Below, piece after piece: positions 1 to 13,734 of a stretch of 64,000 nucleotides of DNA. Each line of letters opens with the position of its first letter. Position 1 is the stretch's first letter. Below the pieces are notes generated by a model that made no database searches, had not been told where the DNA came from, and saw only the letters and a program-made list of their open reading frames with translations. A program made the position numbers and the translations under genes. Source of the stretch: the human T2T-CHM13v2.0 reference genome, Homo sapiens; assembly GCF_009914755.1 (NCBI RefSeq), contig NC_060927.1. One strand, written 5' to 3'.

Positions 1-410
1 TCAATGATAGACTGGATAAAGAAAATGTGGCACATATACACCATGGAATACAATGCAGCCATAAAAAAAGGATGAGTTCATGTCCTTTACAGGGACATGG
101 ATGAAGCTGGAAACCATCATTCTCAGCAAACCCACACAGGAACAGAAAACCAAACACTGCATGTTCTCTCTCATGAGTGAGATTTGAACAATGAGAACAC
201 ATGGACACAGGGTGGGGAACATCACATACTGGGGCCTGTCAGGGGGTGTGGGGCTAGAGGAGAGACAGCATTAGAAGAAATACCTAATGTAGATGATGGG
301 TTGATGGGTGCAGCAAACCACCATGGTACACATATGCTTATGTAACAAACCTGCATGTTCTGCACATGTATCCTAGAACATAAAGTATAATAAAAATTAT
401 ATATAAAAAA
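1..410 (+). mobile_element. L1PA (about L1PA7/8) 3' end
   Basis: ORF2 end and 3'UTR motifs (gcattagaagaaatacctaatgtagatgatgggttgatgggtgcagcaaaccaccatgg; aaagtataataaaaa tail). Confidence 0.9.
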
Positions 411-417
411 TTTTTAA

Positions 418-2147
418 AACTGACTCAAGGTGAAATAGAAAATTTGATTAATCTATAAGAAGTAAAGAGATTGAATTTGTAATTAAAATACTTCCCATAA
501 AGAAAAGCAGAACTCAAATGGTTTAACTGGTGATTTTTACCATGCATTTAAGAATTAATACCACTGTGTACAAACTTCTTCACAACCTAAAAAAGGTAAC
601 GCATCCTAACTTATTCTATGAGGACAGTGTTCTTAATTAAGAAGACCTTATGAGCAACACACACACACACGTGCGCACACACACACACAAACCTACATAC
701 TAACATCTCCTATAAATATAGATACAAAAGTCCGCAACAAAATACTAGAAACACAGAACCCACAACATATGGAAACATATCATTACTGAGTTGGATTTAT
801 CCCAAAAATGTAAGGTTAGTTTTACATTCAAAAATTCATTATTACAATACACCTTAATAATATAATAAAGGACAAAAGCCACAAAAGCAACACTCATTAG
901 TGAAAAACATTCAGAAAACTAGGAATAAAGTTGAACTTCCTCAATTTGATAAGAAAAAGGATCTATGAAAAGCTTATGGCTAGCATCATACTTAATGGTG
1001 AAAACTTACAGGATTTTCCCTAAGATCAGGGAAAAAAAGAGATATTCTCCTTACCACATCTTTTCAATGTCATACTAGAGGTGCTATGCAGGACAATTAG
1101 ACAAGAAAATGAAGTAAAAAGTAGGCAAATCGAAAAGAAAATGGTAAATCTATAATTGCAGAGTTATATAACCTTATATAAATTTCTAGGATTCCACTTA
1201 AAATTTACTAAAATTATTGAAGAAGTTCAGCAAGGTTACAGGTTACAAGATCAGTCTATAAAATTCAGCTGTATTTCTACACACTGGCAATAAATAATCC
1301 AAAAAAAAAACGAAAAACAATTTCACTTCCAGTAGTATGAAAAATAATAAAATACTTGGAAATAAACTTAATTAAAGAACTGTAAAATTTATAGTCTGAA
1401 AACCACAAAACAGTGTTGAAAGAAATTAAAGAAGACCTAAATAATTGGAAAGCCATTCCATGTTCAAGGATTGGAAGACGAAAATGGTTAAAATGGCAAT
1501 ACTCTCTAAATTGATCTACAAATTTATCACTATCTCTATCAAAACCCCAGTTGTAAAGCTAATTCCAAAATTTATTTGAAAATTTTACTATTCTCAGTCT
1601 CCAAATTCAAGAGACTGAGAATAGTAAAAATAATCTTGAAAAATAATTCTTCTTGAAAAAGAAGAACAAATTTGGACAACTCACACTTTTCAATTTCAAA
1701 ACTAACCACAAAGCTACAGCAATCAGGGAAGGGTACTACTGGCATAAGGATAAATATATAGCTCAATGGAATAATATTGAGGGCCCAACAATAAACCCTT
1801 ACATTTATGATCAATGGATTTTCAACAGGTATAAAACAATTCAGAGAGAGAATCATCTTTTGAGCAAATGATGCTGGGAGAACTGAATACTCACATTAAA
1901 GCTGGATTTCTTCTTCACATTATATACACAAACTAATCAAAATGGGTCAAATACATAAGTGTAAAAGCTAAAACTCTAAATCTCTTAGAAGAACATATAG
2001 GAGTAAACTTCATGACCGTGGCTTAGGCAAAGCCTTGTTAGATATGACACAAAAGCACATCACCATGAAAATAGATAAATTGAACTTCATCAAATTTCAA
2101 AACTTCACAATACACTATCTAAGAAGGTTAAAAGGCAACCCATGGAA
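418..2147 (+). mobile_element. Old L1 (L1MB-like) ORF2, 5' part, interrupted at ~2147
   Basis: Decayed ORF2; ORF 1653-1871 gives YYWHKDKYIAQWNNIE, similar to L1 ORF2 WYWxKxRxIDQWNRIE. Confidence 0.85.
656..688. repeat. Interrupted (CA)n microsatellite
   Basis: acacacacacacacgtgcgcacacacacacaca. Confidence 0.9.
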
Positions 2148-2913
2148 AATATGACCAGAATAATAATGAATAAGAAGATTTAATCAGTAATAGGAAGTCT
2201 CCTATCAAAGAAAAGCCTCAGGCCTGATGGCTTCATTGCCGAATTCCACCACACATTTAAAGAATTAATACCAATCCTTCTTAACTTCCAAAAAATTGAT
2301 GAAGAGGGAATTATTTCAAACTTTATTTATGAGGCCAACATTACCCTGTCTTACCACAGCCAGACAAGGGTATCATAAAAAAACAAAATCACAGGCCAAT
2401 ATCTTTGATGAACATAGATGAAAAATTTCTCAACAAAATACTAGCAAAATACTAGGAAATGGAATTAGACAACACATTAAAAGGACCATTCACCATGATC
2501 AAGTGGAATTTATACCTAGGACACAAATATGGTTTAACTCATTATGGTTATCACATTAACAGAATGAAGGACAAAAACCACATGAGCATCTCATTAGATG
2601 CAGAAAAATCATTTGACAAAATTCAACATCTTTTCATGATGAAAACTCTCAACAAATTAGTTACAGAAGGAACATACCTCAACACAATAAAGATCATATA
2701 TGATAAAACTACAGGTAACATTACACTCAATGGGGAAAAATTGAAATCCTTTCCTCTGACATCTGAAACAAGTAAAAGAATGCCCATTTTTGCCACTTCT
2801 ATTCAACATAGCATTGAAAGTTCTTGCCAGAGCAATTAGGCAAGAGAAAGAAATAAGGCATCTAAACAGAAAAAGAAGAAGTGAAATTTTCAGTTTGCTG
2901 ATTATATGATCTT

Positions 2914-3253
2914 AGTCAGCAAACATTGCATAATGATGGGAATGTGTTCTAAGAAATGCATCCTTAGGCAATTTTGTCACTGTGTGAACATCATGGTGTG
3001 TACGTACACAAACCTATACGGTATAGTATACTAAAAACCTAGGCTATATGTTATAGCTTATTTCTCTTAAACTACAAACCTGTACAGAATGTTACTATAC
3101 TAAATACTATTGGCAATGGTAACACAATGAGAAGCATTCATGTATCTATAGACAGAAAAGGTGTAATAAGAATACAGTATTACAATCTTATGGAACCCCC
3201 ATCATATATGTGATCCATTGTTGACGAAAATGTCCTCATGCACTTCATGACTG
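2914..3253 (+). mobile_element. Tigger3a/MER7A-like DNA transposon nested in L1MA
   Basis: Matches recalled consensus (gttctaagaaatgc...acacaaaccta...tacaaacctgtacag...catgactg end); L1 ORF2 continues on both sides. Confidence 0.85.
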
Positions 3254-5112
3254 TGCATAGAAAACCCTAAAGATTCGACCAAAAAACTGTTAAAACTCTA
3301 ATAAGGGAGTTCAGTAAAGTTGCAGGATACTCAACTGACATACCCAAATCAGTAGCATTTCTATACACTAACAACATATTTTCCAAAAAAGAAATCAAGA
3401 AAATAATCCAATTTTAAAAAGCTATATAAAATAAAATACTTAGAAATAAATTTAACCAAAAAGGTGAGAGACCTATGCACTGAAAAATATAAAATGTTAA
3501 GAGCAATGTAAGAAAACACAAATAAATGAAAAGATATCTCATGCTCATGAATTGGAAGAATTCATATGGTGAAAATATGAATTGTGAAATGTCTATACTA
3601 CTGAAAGCAATCCACAAATTCAACACAATGCCTATCAAAATTCCAATGTCACTTTTCTTAGAAACAGAAAAAACAATCTTAAAATTTGTAAGAACCACAA
3701 AAAAATCTGAATAGTAAAGACAACTATGAACCAAAAGAACAAAGCTGGAGGCATCACACTATCTAATTTCAAACTACACTACAAAAATATAGTAATTATA
3801 ACAGCATGGTACTGGCATAAAAATAGACACATTGACCAGTGGAACAGAAGAATAAAGAACCCAGAAATGAACCCAGGGATGTACTGCCAATTGATTTTCA
3901 ACAACAGTGCCCAGAATAAACAATTGGAAAATGACAGTCTCTTTAATAAACAGTGCTGGGAAAACTGATTATTTAAATGCAAAAGAATAAATCTGGTATT
4001 GTTTTTCTTAACTTCCAAAAAATTCCAAAATATTCCAAAATATTCCAAAAATGTCTTATACCATACACAAAAATCAACTCAAAAGATATTAAAGACTTAA
4101 ACGTAAGACCTGAGGCTGTAAAACTACTAGAAGAAAACATAGCAGAAAAACCTCACAACACTGGTCAGGACAGTGATTTTTTAGATTTGACCCCAAAAGC
4201 ACAGGAAACAAAAGCAAAAAAATAGATAAAATGGATCACATCAAAATAAAAAGCGTCTGCATAACAAAGGAAACAACAGAATGAAGAGACAACCTATAGA
4301 TTGGGAGAAAATGTTGGCAAAATACATCTGATAATCATCTAATACCTAAAATATATAAGCAACTCAAACAACTCTATAGAAGGAAAATAAATAATCTGAT
4401 TAAAAAGTGGACAAGGACCCTGAATAGACATTTCTCAAAAGCAGACATACAAATGGCCAGTGTATATGTAAAAACATGCTCAATATCACCAATCATTAGG
4501 GAAATGTATATTAAAATCACAATGAGATATCACCTCCCACCTATTCAGAATGATTATTATCAAAAAGACTAAAGATAACAAGTGTTGGTGAGGATGTGAG
4601 GAAAAGGGAACCCTTATACACTGTTGGTGGGAATGTAAATTAGTAGAGTTGTTAAGGAAAACTGTATGGAGATTCCCTTAAAAACTAAAAACAGAATTAT
4701 TATATGATGCAGCACTCACATGTCTGAATATTTACCCATAAGATTTGAAATCAGCATGTTGAAGATATATTTGTTCTCTCATGTTTATTGTAGCAATATA
4801 CACAACAGCCAAGATATAGAATCAAACTAAGTATCAGTAGACGACTGGGTAAAGAAAATGTGGTATATATACACAATGGAACATTATTTAGTCTTACAAA
4901 AGAAAGAAATTCTGTAATTTACAACAATATGGTCAGAATTAGAGAAGATTACACTAAATAAGATAAGATAGACACAAAAGAACAAATACTACATGTTCTC
5001 ACTTATATGTGGAATCTAAAAGAATTGAACTCATAGAAGTAGTGAGTATAATGGTGGTTACTAGAGGCTGAGGGCTGGGGGTAATACAAAGCCTCTGACA
5101 GAAAAAAAGGTT

Positions 5113-5410
5113 GGCCGGGCAGGGTGGCTCACGCCTGTAATTCCAGCACTTTAGGAGGCCAAGATGCGCAGATCACAAGGTCAGGAGATCAAGACCATCC
5201 TGGCTAACATGGTGAAACCCCATCTCTACTAAAAATACAAAAAATTAGCCGAGCACGGTGGTGGGCGCCTGTAGTCCCAGCTACTCAGGAGGCTGAGGCA
5301 GGAGAATGGCGTGAACTCGGGAGGCGGAGCATGCAGTGAGCCGAGATAGGCCACTGCAGTCCGGCCTGGGTGACAGAGCGAGACTCCGTCTCAAAAAAAA
5401 AAAAAAAAAA
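5113..5410 (+). mobile_element. AluY nested in L1MA 3' end
   Basis: Full dimer, gagaatggcgtgaac diagnostic, poly-A, approximate TSD gaaaaaa(ag)gtt. Confidence 0.93.
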
Positions 5411-5693
5411 GAAAAAAGTTTTGGGTTTTCTTTCTTTCCTTGTTTTTGTTTTTGAGTTCTATTGCACAGCATGGCGAATATAGTTAATAATAGTGTATTG
5501 TATATTTCAAAATCACTAAGAGAATAAATTTCAAATGTTTTCACCACAAAAAACAATTAAGTATTTAAGGTGTTGGATATGTTAATTAGCTTGATTTAAT
5601 TATTCTACATTGTATTCATAAATCATAACATCACTTCATACCCCATAAATATATACTACTATAATTTGTCAATTTATAATTTAAAAAATTTTT

Positions 5694-6650
5694 AAAGACA
5701 ACCCATAGAATTGAAGAAAAATGTCTGCAAATCATATATCAAATGAAGGACTTGTATTTGGAATATATTAAAAACTCTTACTATCAAATAATACAACTAA
5801 AAATAGGCAAAGTATTTGAATAGATATTTCTCAAAAGCTATACAAATGGCCAATAAGTACATGAAAATATGCTCAGCATCATTATTCATTAGGGAAATAC
5901 AAATCAAAACACCAGTGAGGTACCATGTATACCCAGTAGGAAATCTATAATTAAAAAGACACATTTGTCAAGGATATGGAGAAATTGAAACCCTCACATT
6001 GAATGTTAAATGGTACAGATGCTTTGGAAAACAATCTGGCAGTCCCTGAACAGGTTAAATATAGAGTTACCATATGATCACCAATTCTACTCCTAAGGAT
6101 AGAGATAAATTAAATAAAAATATATGGCTATGCAAAAACTTGTGCACAAGTGTGCATGGCATCATTATTCATAACAGTCCAAAACTGGAAATAACTCAAA
6201 TGCCCTCCACCTAATGAGTGGATAAATAAAAATATGTGTTATTCCTACAAAAATATGGGATATCCATACAATTCTGCAATAAAATGGAACAAAGTTCTGA
6301 CACATGCTACAACATAGATGAACCTTGAAAATATGCTAAGTGAAAGTAGCAAGGTTTCAAAAGACTACATATTATATAGTTTCAGTTATATAAAATGTCC
6401 AAAATAGGCAAGTCTATAGAGATAGGAGGTAGATTAGTGGTTGCCTAGTACAAGGGAAGAGGGGACAGAACACGGAGAGTGACTGCTAATGGTATGGAGT
6501 TTCTTGTGGGGATGACAAATATTATCTAAGAATTGATTGTGATGTTGGCTGTACAATTCTGAACATATTAAAAGGCATTGAGTTGCAGATTTTAAGTGGG
6601 TGTATTTTATAGTATATAAATTACAGTTCAGTAAAGCTGTTACACAAAAA
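5694..6650 (+). mobile_element. Old L1 (L1MB-like), resumed 3' part
   Basis: Continues ORF2 after the TSD; 3' end tagattagtggttgcc...gagtgactgctaatgg...taaagctgtta. Confidence 0.85.
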
Positions 6651-6924
6651 AGACTATACCTGGGCTATGAGCTTCTACTAGTGAAACAGTAAAGAAGCAG
6701 AGAATGAGCAGAAGGAAAAGAACAGTCCTGCAGCAAAGCTGAGCACCAAGGTAAGGGGCTGGAACTGGAGCTGGTAGAATTGTGCTAGAGATTTTATAAA
6801 AACAACTCAAACTTTAAAATATTAATTGTCCACATAACTATTCTTATCAGTATCCTTGACTTTAAAATTACATAATTATGCATACTTGTTTTTTATTAAT
6901 GGTATTTTAGGGGAAAAGCATACT

Positions 6925-7105
6925 TTGAAATCAGTCATAAGATGGTTTCAATCCAATATATCCCACTTACTAGCTGGTTGACCATAGGAAAAACCATTTG
7001 TAGTGTGTGAAATGGGGACACTAATACTTCTCTCTTACTCTCACAATACATAAGAGGTTCCTGTAGCTGGCATGGTGTTGGACTCAAATGGTAGCTGTTA
7101 CTAGA
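6925..7105 (+). mobile_element. MIR fragment
   Basis: ccacttactagctggttgacc...tgtgaaatgggga core-like motif. Confidence 0.55.
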
Positions 7106-8574
7106 AGTAGTAGTAATAATCATTATCATTCAGAGTGATGATTACTGCCAGTTTGCCATACTCCACTGAAGTTCTGCCAATAGGATAATTCAAACTGCAT
7201 TACTTAATAGGATAGTTTCTAGCCCCTACCAGAGGATGTAGCTAAAAAAGCTTTTCCTTTCTATTTCATATCAAACAGTTATGAAATGGCAAATATTTTT
7301 TATTTTATATAAAATATGGGAGCAAGTAAACATAAATAACTGTATTTAAGCCAATGGTAAATCATTACAAGGTGACATAAGTCTCTCACGGTTCTGTCAC
7401 CATTTAGAAAAGAAAATAAAGCTTGATGTGTAGAAAATAGGAGACTAATAGAAATTGAAGTTTCAAAAAGGAGAGGAAGAGCAAGAAAAAAAAAGCAACT
7501 GAAAGCAAATAATTATTATTCTGTCAATATTTTAAATGGAGATTTATAGTTATGACAATAACATAGGAAAAACACATATAAACTATATATGTTGTAATAT
7601 CATTCTGTGACACAGCATAGTATACAATAATTCATAATACTTAGGGCCAAATATTTGCCTATCCATTTTACAGAGTTTCTCCTTTAACTTTGAAAGGTTA
7701 ATTAAACATCATGTTTTTGTGCATTCATCCATAACACCCCTGCTAAAATGGCAGTAAAGAAATGAAATGACATTAAGCCACAGGAATGAAATAACATGAA
7801 AACAGAAAAGATAGATAGTTCTATATTTTACTAGGAGATGGAAAAATTGGTAGATAATGAAAGAGAGCAGATAAATGAGTGGTGGCACACCACTTAGTAC
7901 TCATGAAAGGCTTAGCACTAAAAAAACTCACAGCATCTTAGAAGGTGAGGTGTAGCACAGAGCTGAAAACAGGTTATAAGTCTTTTATACTAATGGAAAA
8001 CCATGGTTGGGTCCCAAGATCATGCTTCGTAGCTGGGCAGTATTTTCTCTACTCTCATTCCAGGAGAGAGATTGGAGATTTACCAGGTACAAGGCATAGC
8101 ATAGGTGGATTAAGTAAAGATCTACGTAGTAATAAAGAGTGGAATCTCCAGTTCCATTACCCCTTACTATTCCCAGAATATCTCCAAGAAAAAAACTAGA
8201 AGATTCTTAACTATGGTAATTGAACAGCCCCAGAGAATAGCCTCTCTTTTGTTCATGGAATAACCAGCTCACTAACCAACCAAATTTAATGAAGCCCGGT
8301 CTTAAGAAGATACACCTTGGCACACAGAGCTTCTGTGTCCCGCTGTCGAATATTAATGGACATCCAAAGATACTTTTGACATTTGAAGATACTTCCAACA
8401 TAAAAAGCAGAAAGTGGATAGCTGAGTAGGAGGAAAGGGCTATCTTACGTAACATCATTGGGTGATATTGGAAAAGACTCTTGATAACTCGTACCATTCA
8501 TTAAATACTAATTTTTTGGAAAATAGCAGCTGCTATGTCTCACTTAATGTAAAGGTTAAAGACATGTACCTGAT

Positions 8575-8850
8575 ACCTTCATTTACCCATGCATTTCAAA
8601 TATTACTGAGTGTCTTCTCATTTCTAGGTACTAGGCAAATTACTAAGGGTAAACAAAGATGAAAAAAACAGTTTCTCGTTAGTACAGCTAAAACTCTGGA
8701 GGAAAAGAGACATGCACAAACATACACATGGAGAGAAAATATAATAAAGTATGATAAATGATAAAAGAATAAGATAGGCACAGTTTGAGGCATCGTATGG
8801 AAAAAATAATTAAATGTTTGGGAGAGTCTGCTTCCCAAAGCAGGATTAAG
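8575..8850 (-). mobile_element. L2 3' fragment
   Basis: ttcatt...aaatattactgagtgtc...aggtactaggc pattern of a reversed L2 tail. Confidence 0.5.
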
Positions 8851-10777
8851 ACATACTTTAAAACAAACTCACTAATGCAATTACGCATATAAATATGCGC
8901 TTTTCAAGATCATATAAGCAAAATTTTATAATTTAAAAATATTGAAAGCTTTTCTCCCTTTGAAAACTAAGACTTATATGTAAACTCTATTTCAAAGAAA
9001 TGTTCTACTTCATCAGGTGATCTTAGTAGGACTGCAGTTGTAACAGTGGAGCATATTCATGTTAATCTACAGCTGGATTGGGCTGTTTCCAACTTTGTGC
9101 TATTATGATAAAGGAATTTTAAATGGTTAAAGAATTGGCAATGAGCTTTGAACAAATTGTATTAAAACCCTTCAAGTATTGCATTTAATTAAGCAATAAT
9201 AATACATCAACGGCTTTAGCAAGCTGTTAGTTAATTTGTCTCATTTCACATTCACCAGAAGAATACATATAAAGATGTAACAAATAGTATTTTCTAAATA
9301 ATCATAATTTTTTCTCCATCAAGGACACATATTAAACAATCTCCTAAATGCTAATATTTTGGGATAATTTGGTTCCATGTCAAACACTCAGGGTCTATCT
9401 ACTCTTTTGTTCTAGTAAAACTCCAAGAGTAGACATTAATTACACTATTTTACATATACTATGAAGAACTGGCAATTACCCAGTATGGGTTTTATCCTGA
9501 TTTTTCAAAAGCATCTTTATTTTGTTTTGGTATTATCTATATAACTACATAGAAATGACCAGTAGCAATTGTGAAGAGAAGAAGGAAAAACCTGTTTACC
9601 TTATATATACATACAACTTTTTTGAATGTTATCATAGGGTACTACAATTGGTGGAGTAGTCACTGGTAGAAATGCATACAAGTCACACTATCTGGTTGTC
9701 CTGAAGGTTGATAGTTGCAATTTACATTTCCATGAAATCTTTTCTCTTTAAAATTTGCTTTGTGTTGACAGGACAAAATTTTAACCCAAAGATTAGCAGA
9801 TCCTAAGATATTCCATCAGGTGTTTGTTGATACCCAACAAAAGCCTGATGGTTTTGTTTTGATTTTATTGCTAGATTCATCACATAAATTTGGTCTTATA
9901 TTGTGTAATACATTACCCTTTTTACGAAAGTCCATATACTACATTCTGGTATACTCAAGGTAACTTCTGGAGATAGATAGAATTGCCTTATTCTCATATT
10001 AAATTTTAGGAAGTTGAAATTGAAAGCAATTTAATACCTTTTTAAGTCATCAAGCAGGTTAATGGTTAGATGAAATTAACAGCCAATTTAATTCAAGTCT
10101 ACTGCAAGGGTCCTTTGTGACATTTATGACCAGATTTATTATGAATGCAGAGATATAACTGAAGTTTTCTTATTGCCTTACCAAATACAGGATAAATGAG
10201 AAATTATGAAATGGTATTGAAAGTATTAAGACTAATACAAACAATGGCTCTAGGTAAAATACAACTATGATATAACTGAGGATAACATTAAATTTTTCAA
10301 GAGGCATGGATATACTGACATTGACTATCTCTTGAGATATTTGGATTTTAGCTGGAGAGTTTGATTATATAGTAGTTTAGTGTCATTAGTATCTATTTAA
10401 AGTAAATTTGATCAACTGGTATTTTTCTATCATAGTAGATGCAAATCACATAGTCTTCAACATTTTTGTCCAGCCATATCACTCATTATCATGTGCAAAA
10501 CATTGTACTATAATTCTTTTCATTGTGGAGCCAAGGAACACTGTGGCAACAGATAAGAAATCATTTTGATGCTTGTGTTCATTTTGTTCACTACTCACCC
10601 ACCCAATATTAGAGATGAGCTAACTACAGCCTAAGGCAAGATTGTTGCATAGTGACCGACCTGGAACCTTCTCATTCAGTCGTCTCCTTCACTATCTGTC
10701 GCATTCCAGACATATTGCATATGTCTGGAAAATAACTCATAAATTTAGCTAACTAGAATGGGAATGTCAATGATTTT

Positions 10778-11545
10778 TAACATCACTGATCATTAGGGAA
10801 ATGCAAATCAAAACCACAATGAGATACCATCTCATGCCAGTCAGAATGGCAATTATTAAAAAGTCAAGAAATAACAGATGCTGGCGAGGTTGTAAAGAAA
10901 AATGAATGTGTTTACATTGTTGGTGAGAGTGTAAATTAGTTCAACCATTGTGGAAGACTGGTGATTCCTCAAAGACCTAGAAGCAATACCATTTGACCTA
11001 GCAATCATTTTATTATGTAGATAGATGCACACATATGTTCATTGAAGCCCTATTCACAATAGCAAAGACATGGAATCAACCCAAATGCCTAGCAATTACA
11101 GACTGGATAAAGAAAATGTGGTACATATATATCATGGAATACTATGCAACCATAAAAAGGAACAAGATTATGTCCTTTGCAGGGACATGAATGGAGCTGG
11201 AAGCTGTTGTCCTCGGCAAACTAACGCAGAAACAGAAAACCAAATACTGAATGTTCCCACTTGTAAGTGGGAGCTGAATGATGAGAACACATGGACACAT
11301 GTGGGAGAACAACACACACTGGGGCCTGTCGTTTTTGGGGGGTATGCAGGGGGAGGAAGAGCATCAGGAAGAACAGCTAATAGGTGTTGGGCTTAATATG
11401 TAGGCAATGGGTTGATCTGTGCAGCAAACCACCGTGGCACATGTTTACCTGTGTAACAAACCTGCACATCCTGCACATGTACCCCAGAACTTAAAATAAG
11501 ACTTGAAGAAAAAAATAAAATAAAAATTTTAAAAATTAAAAAAAA
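10778..11545 (+). mobile_element. 5'-truncated L1PA (about L1PA12/13)
   Basis: gaaatgcaaatcaaaaccacaatgagataccatctca...agagcatcaggaagaacagctaa...aacttaaaataa followed by an A-rich tail. Confidence 0.9.
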
Positions 11546-13352
11546 ATTCTATAAAAATGAATTTAAACTATAAACCCAATTTTTGGTCAGTGCTTTAGAT
11601 ATGATAATATTTTCTAGAGAAGAGCCTAGGGATATTTTCTATTTACAAGCAAATAAACATTATTTTATAACAGATTATTTCCAACCCAGTCTTCACCTAC
11701 ATATTATGGAAATGTTAAATTATAATTATATTTATTTAACATTCTCACATCTTTCTATTTGACTTCCTTCCAAAAGGAGAACTAAGCAATTACCTGATGA
11801 ATTTAATGATTGCATACAGTCATCTGAATAATTATAAAAAAAACTAAAATGTTTTTCCCATAAGCCAGGAAACAGTTGCTTATTTGATTGCTTTTATTTG
11901 CATTGCAAATTTTTATTTTACTCTGCAGTATTTTTTTCAAAATACAGTTAAAAGGTACTTAAAATAATGCACCTAAAAATCGACTTTTTGATATCATGGG
12001 ATGAGTCAGTATATCTTATAAGATATATGAAATGAGGTTAGTCTTCCTCAGTTAACCAAATAACTCAAGAAAATCATAAACTATTAAGGGTTATGTTATT
12101 TAGGCCTGCACTATTTGTACTAGTTTTGTCTACACTACTTACATCCTTTTACAACTTCTTGGATTTTTTTCCCTTAATTTTGCACTTTGTGGCTGTTTTT
12201 TACAGTTCACAGTCAGCTTAATTGAAAAGAACAAGAGAGATTCAACTTCGTCTTAAACTGAGATCGATATCACCAAATTAGTGCAATTTGTCCTTAATAA
12301 AATATTCTTTCTGCCAAAAGCTCAAAGAACAGACAATTAGTGTGTTGTCTATTAAGACATGTCCCTCATTCTGCATATCTAAGATTAAAAATAAACAAGA
12401 CCTTAAAAGCACCAGTGTTTTCAGGATCTTTCTCCTAAGCATTCAGAAAGAACTGGTCTGAACTTTAATTCACTTTAAACAACTTAAAAGCAGTGAATTT
12501 AAAAACTAACTGAGATTCTGGCCTCTTTCTCACTGAGAGCAAGGCCTCTAAAATGTAGTCTATCTAAAGAAGCAGCCTACAGTGTTAATTCTATGGCATC
12601 CGCTACTCAGAGAAACCCTTGCTGAGTGCTGTGACTGTGTCCTGCCTGCCAGGTTAAGTATCTGTGCACTGAATAGCAAATGGAATACCTCTAGGGCACA
12701 ATGTCCTGTTGCAGCACGCAAGGTGCATTTTCATCACTGACACCTAACCAATTTGTTTGCTGCAGTAGCAATAGCAGAAGCATCTGAAACTGTATATTCC
12801 TCTTGCATCACAGATGGGGTATTTTCCACACCTTCACTTAACATAACTACTCCCAAGATAGATCATTAAATTGTAAACTCCAGCTATGTAAGTCCAAATA
12901 TGTCATCTGGAAACACCTTAAAGTTGAGGTCTTCAGCTCTCCAGATTGCAGGTTGGTTCCTATGGACAACTTGCTGTTTGCACTATCATTGCAGAAACTC
13001 TGTGTATAAAGTGGAGATATTCTTAATCTGCTTGTTGAGGAAATATAACTTTGGACTTTATCCATGGCTGTCACCTACAAGATTTGTTACAAATTACTTT
13101 CAGTTACAAGTGTAAAGTCAAGGCTGTCAATATCATATCTTCTAGAGAAATTACTGTGTCCTATTAGGAAAGTTATAAATCTGGACTTCCTCTGAAATTA
13201 TTTTCACTGTACTCTGCTAAGAGTAGCCATAAACACTCTGTCATATATTTATAAGGGACAAAGACAAGAACTGTGCAAGTCATGGCATAGGAAATTGAGG
13301 CTAAAAAACTACGTGAGAGAATTAAAACATAAAATAAATGCTAATGATAATC

Positions 13353-13360
13353 TGACGTCA
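13353..13360. promoter_or_regulatory. Palindromic CRE (TGACGTCA) ~1 kb upstream of the putative TSS
   Basis: Exact motif match in a CpG-poor context; function not shown. Confidence 0.35.
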
Positions 13361-13690
13361 TTACCCATAATTCTGCTAACATTTCTGACTACTAAGTGCC
13401 AAGCATTATGTTTAGTATTTTATATACGCTATCTCATTTAAATATATGATACCAGAAGAATATCATGGATGACTTCACCAATGGAAGGAAGGTGGGCTGG
13501 AAAGCACAGGCTTGGTCTATAAGAAAGACTCATCTAAGATCAACTTAGTGTTGGGAAATGGGAGAACAGAAAGGATCTCTCGTTAACAGTAGCTCCTTTC
13601 TGGGAATATGAATCTAAGACAGTCAGGCTCAGAGTAAAACTCAGTCTTGGGAAGGTGCATCTGTGGACTACAAAGGCGGTGCTCTGTACA

Positions 13691-13693
13691 AAA

Positions 13694-13732
<39 letters not shown>

Positions 13733-13734
13733 AT
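13691..13734. repeat. (AAAT)11 microsatellite
   Basis: Perfect tetranucleotide run. Confidence 0.95.

Larger units (their letters stand above)
2148..5693 (+). mobile_element. 5'-truncated L1MA inserted into the older L1
   Basis: RT-region peptides ([18 protein letters not shown]; [15 protein letters not shown]), L1MA-type 3' end, flanking 17-bp TSD aaaggcaacccatggaa (2131-2147) / aaagacaacccatagaa (5694-5710). Confidence 0.88.

Noticed and set aside
7700-8490. Possible very old L1/HAL1 5' fragment
   Set aside because: Only one short motif (gacatttgaagatacttccaacataaaa) is suggestive; too diverged to call by eye
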